NCBI GenBank assembly: GCA_016937215.1
Contig: JAFGWI010000056.1
Span: forward strand, 15,118 to 79,117
DNA from: Spirochaetales bacterium
GTDB lineage: Bacteria > Spirochaetota > Spirochaetia > SZUA-6 > JAFGRV01
Direction of reading: 5' to 3'
Length of the DNA: 64,000 nt
The number at the start of each line of letters is the position of its first letter. Within the stretch, counting starts at the first letter, position 1. The notes beneath the pieces are model-generated. The model ran no database searches. It had not been told where the DNA came from and saw only the letters and a list, made by a program, of their open reading frames with translations. The position numbers and the translations under genes were made by a program. Shown here piece by piece: positions 63,710 to 64,000 of this stretch.

Positions 63710-64000
63710 TGAAATATGTTAACAAAAAAATGATTATCGTGATAAACCGTTTGGTGACTCAGATAACCGGAGGCACTGCTGCTTCGGGCACGAATATCAG
63801 GCAAGGGCAATCCCTGGGGTTTGTGGAAAGAATTTTCAACAACGAAGTATTTGCAAAGGTTTTGTATCCTGATATTTATCATCAAGCTGCTGCCTACATG
63901 TTTTATGTTATTAAGAATCATGTTTTTTTGGACGGAAATAAACGAACAGGTTTGGCAGCAGCTGTGACTTTCTTGAAATGGAATAATATCCTGTTTGCTC
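63709..64000 (+). CDS. doc: Fic/Doc-family toxin (death-on-curing type), 3' end outside the window
   Basis: My own translation: MKYVNKKMIIVINRLVTQITGG...GFVERIFNNEVFAKVLYPDIYHQAAAYMFYVIKNHVFLDGNKRTGLAAAVTFLKWNNILFA. HVFLDGNKRTG is the Doc variant of the Fic motif. It is not in the ORF track because no stop lies in the window. Confidence 0.8.
   Translation, partial: MKYVNKKMIIVINRLVTQITGGTAASGTNIRQGQSLGFVERIFNNEVFAKVLYPDIYHQAAAYMFYVIKNHVFLDGNKRTGLAAAVTFLKWNNILFA

Overview
AT-rich (about 40% GC by eye, not computed) bacterial chromosomal segment. I saw no rRNA, tRNA or CRISPR array and cannot place the organism taxonomically. It looks like an anaerobic polysaccharide degrader that uses sigma54 and a lot of c-di-GMP signalling. 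I support about 50 protein genes. (1) Secreted carbohydrate-active enzymes, six of them with dockerin modules: GH5, GH27, GH26+CBM9, GH5+CBM, an esterase and a serpin, plus one lipoprotein with FN3-FN3-dockerin and a cohesin-like domain. (2) Sensory genes: two membrane-anchored AraC regulators with paralogous extracytoplasmic domains, a REC-AraC/PAS-kinase pair, two LacI-type sugar-binding-domain/GGDEF proteins, a tandem cNMP-GGDEF pair, a HisKA_2 kinase, and a sigma54-dependent operon with its own -24/-12 promoter and upstream palindromes. (3) Housekeeping genes: fabV, typA, mutY, msrA, trpBA behind a GntR regulator, an S1-domain protein, a sugar ABC transporter, a U32 peptidase, LOG and HAD hydrolases. 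Three items missing from the ORF track were added by reading the sequence: a histidine kinase at the left edge, a Doc/Fic toxin at the right edge, and a 54-aa ORF with a strong RBS. The most unusual signal is non-coding. The intergenic DNA is packed with repeat families. The main one is a GC-rich, roughly 155-nt structured element present 8 times, whose hairpin stems differ completely between copies while loops and flanking blocks are conserved. There is also a 429-bp element with an 8-bp direct repeat, 14-bp terminal inverted repeats and eight 23-nt tandem repeats, a roughly 127-nt MITE, a second conserved block at two loci, and several unique perfect inverted repeats around AT-rich loops. 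All function calls rest on motif recognition by eye; no database search was run.
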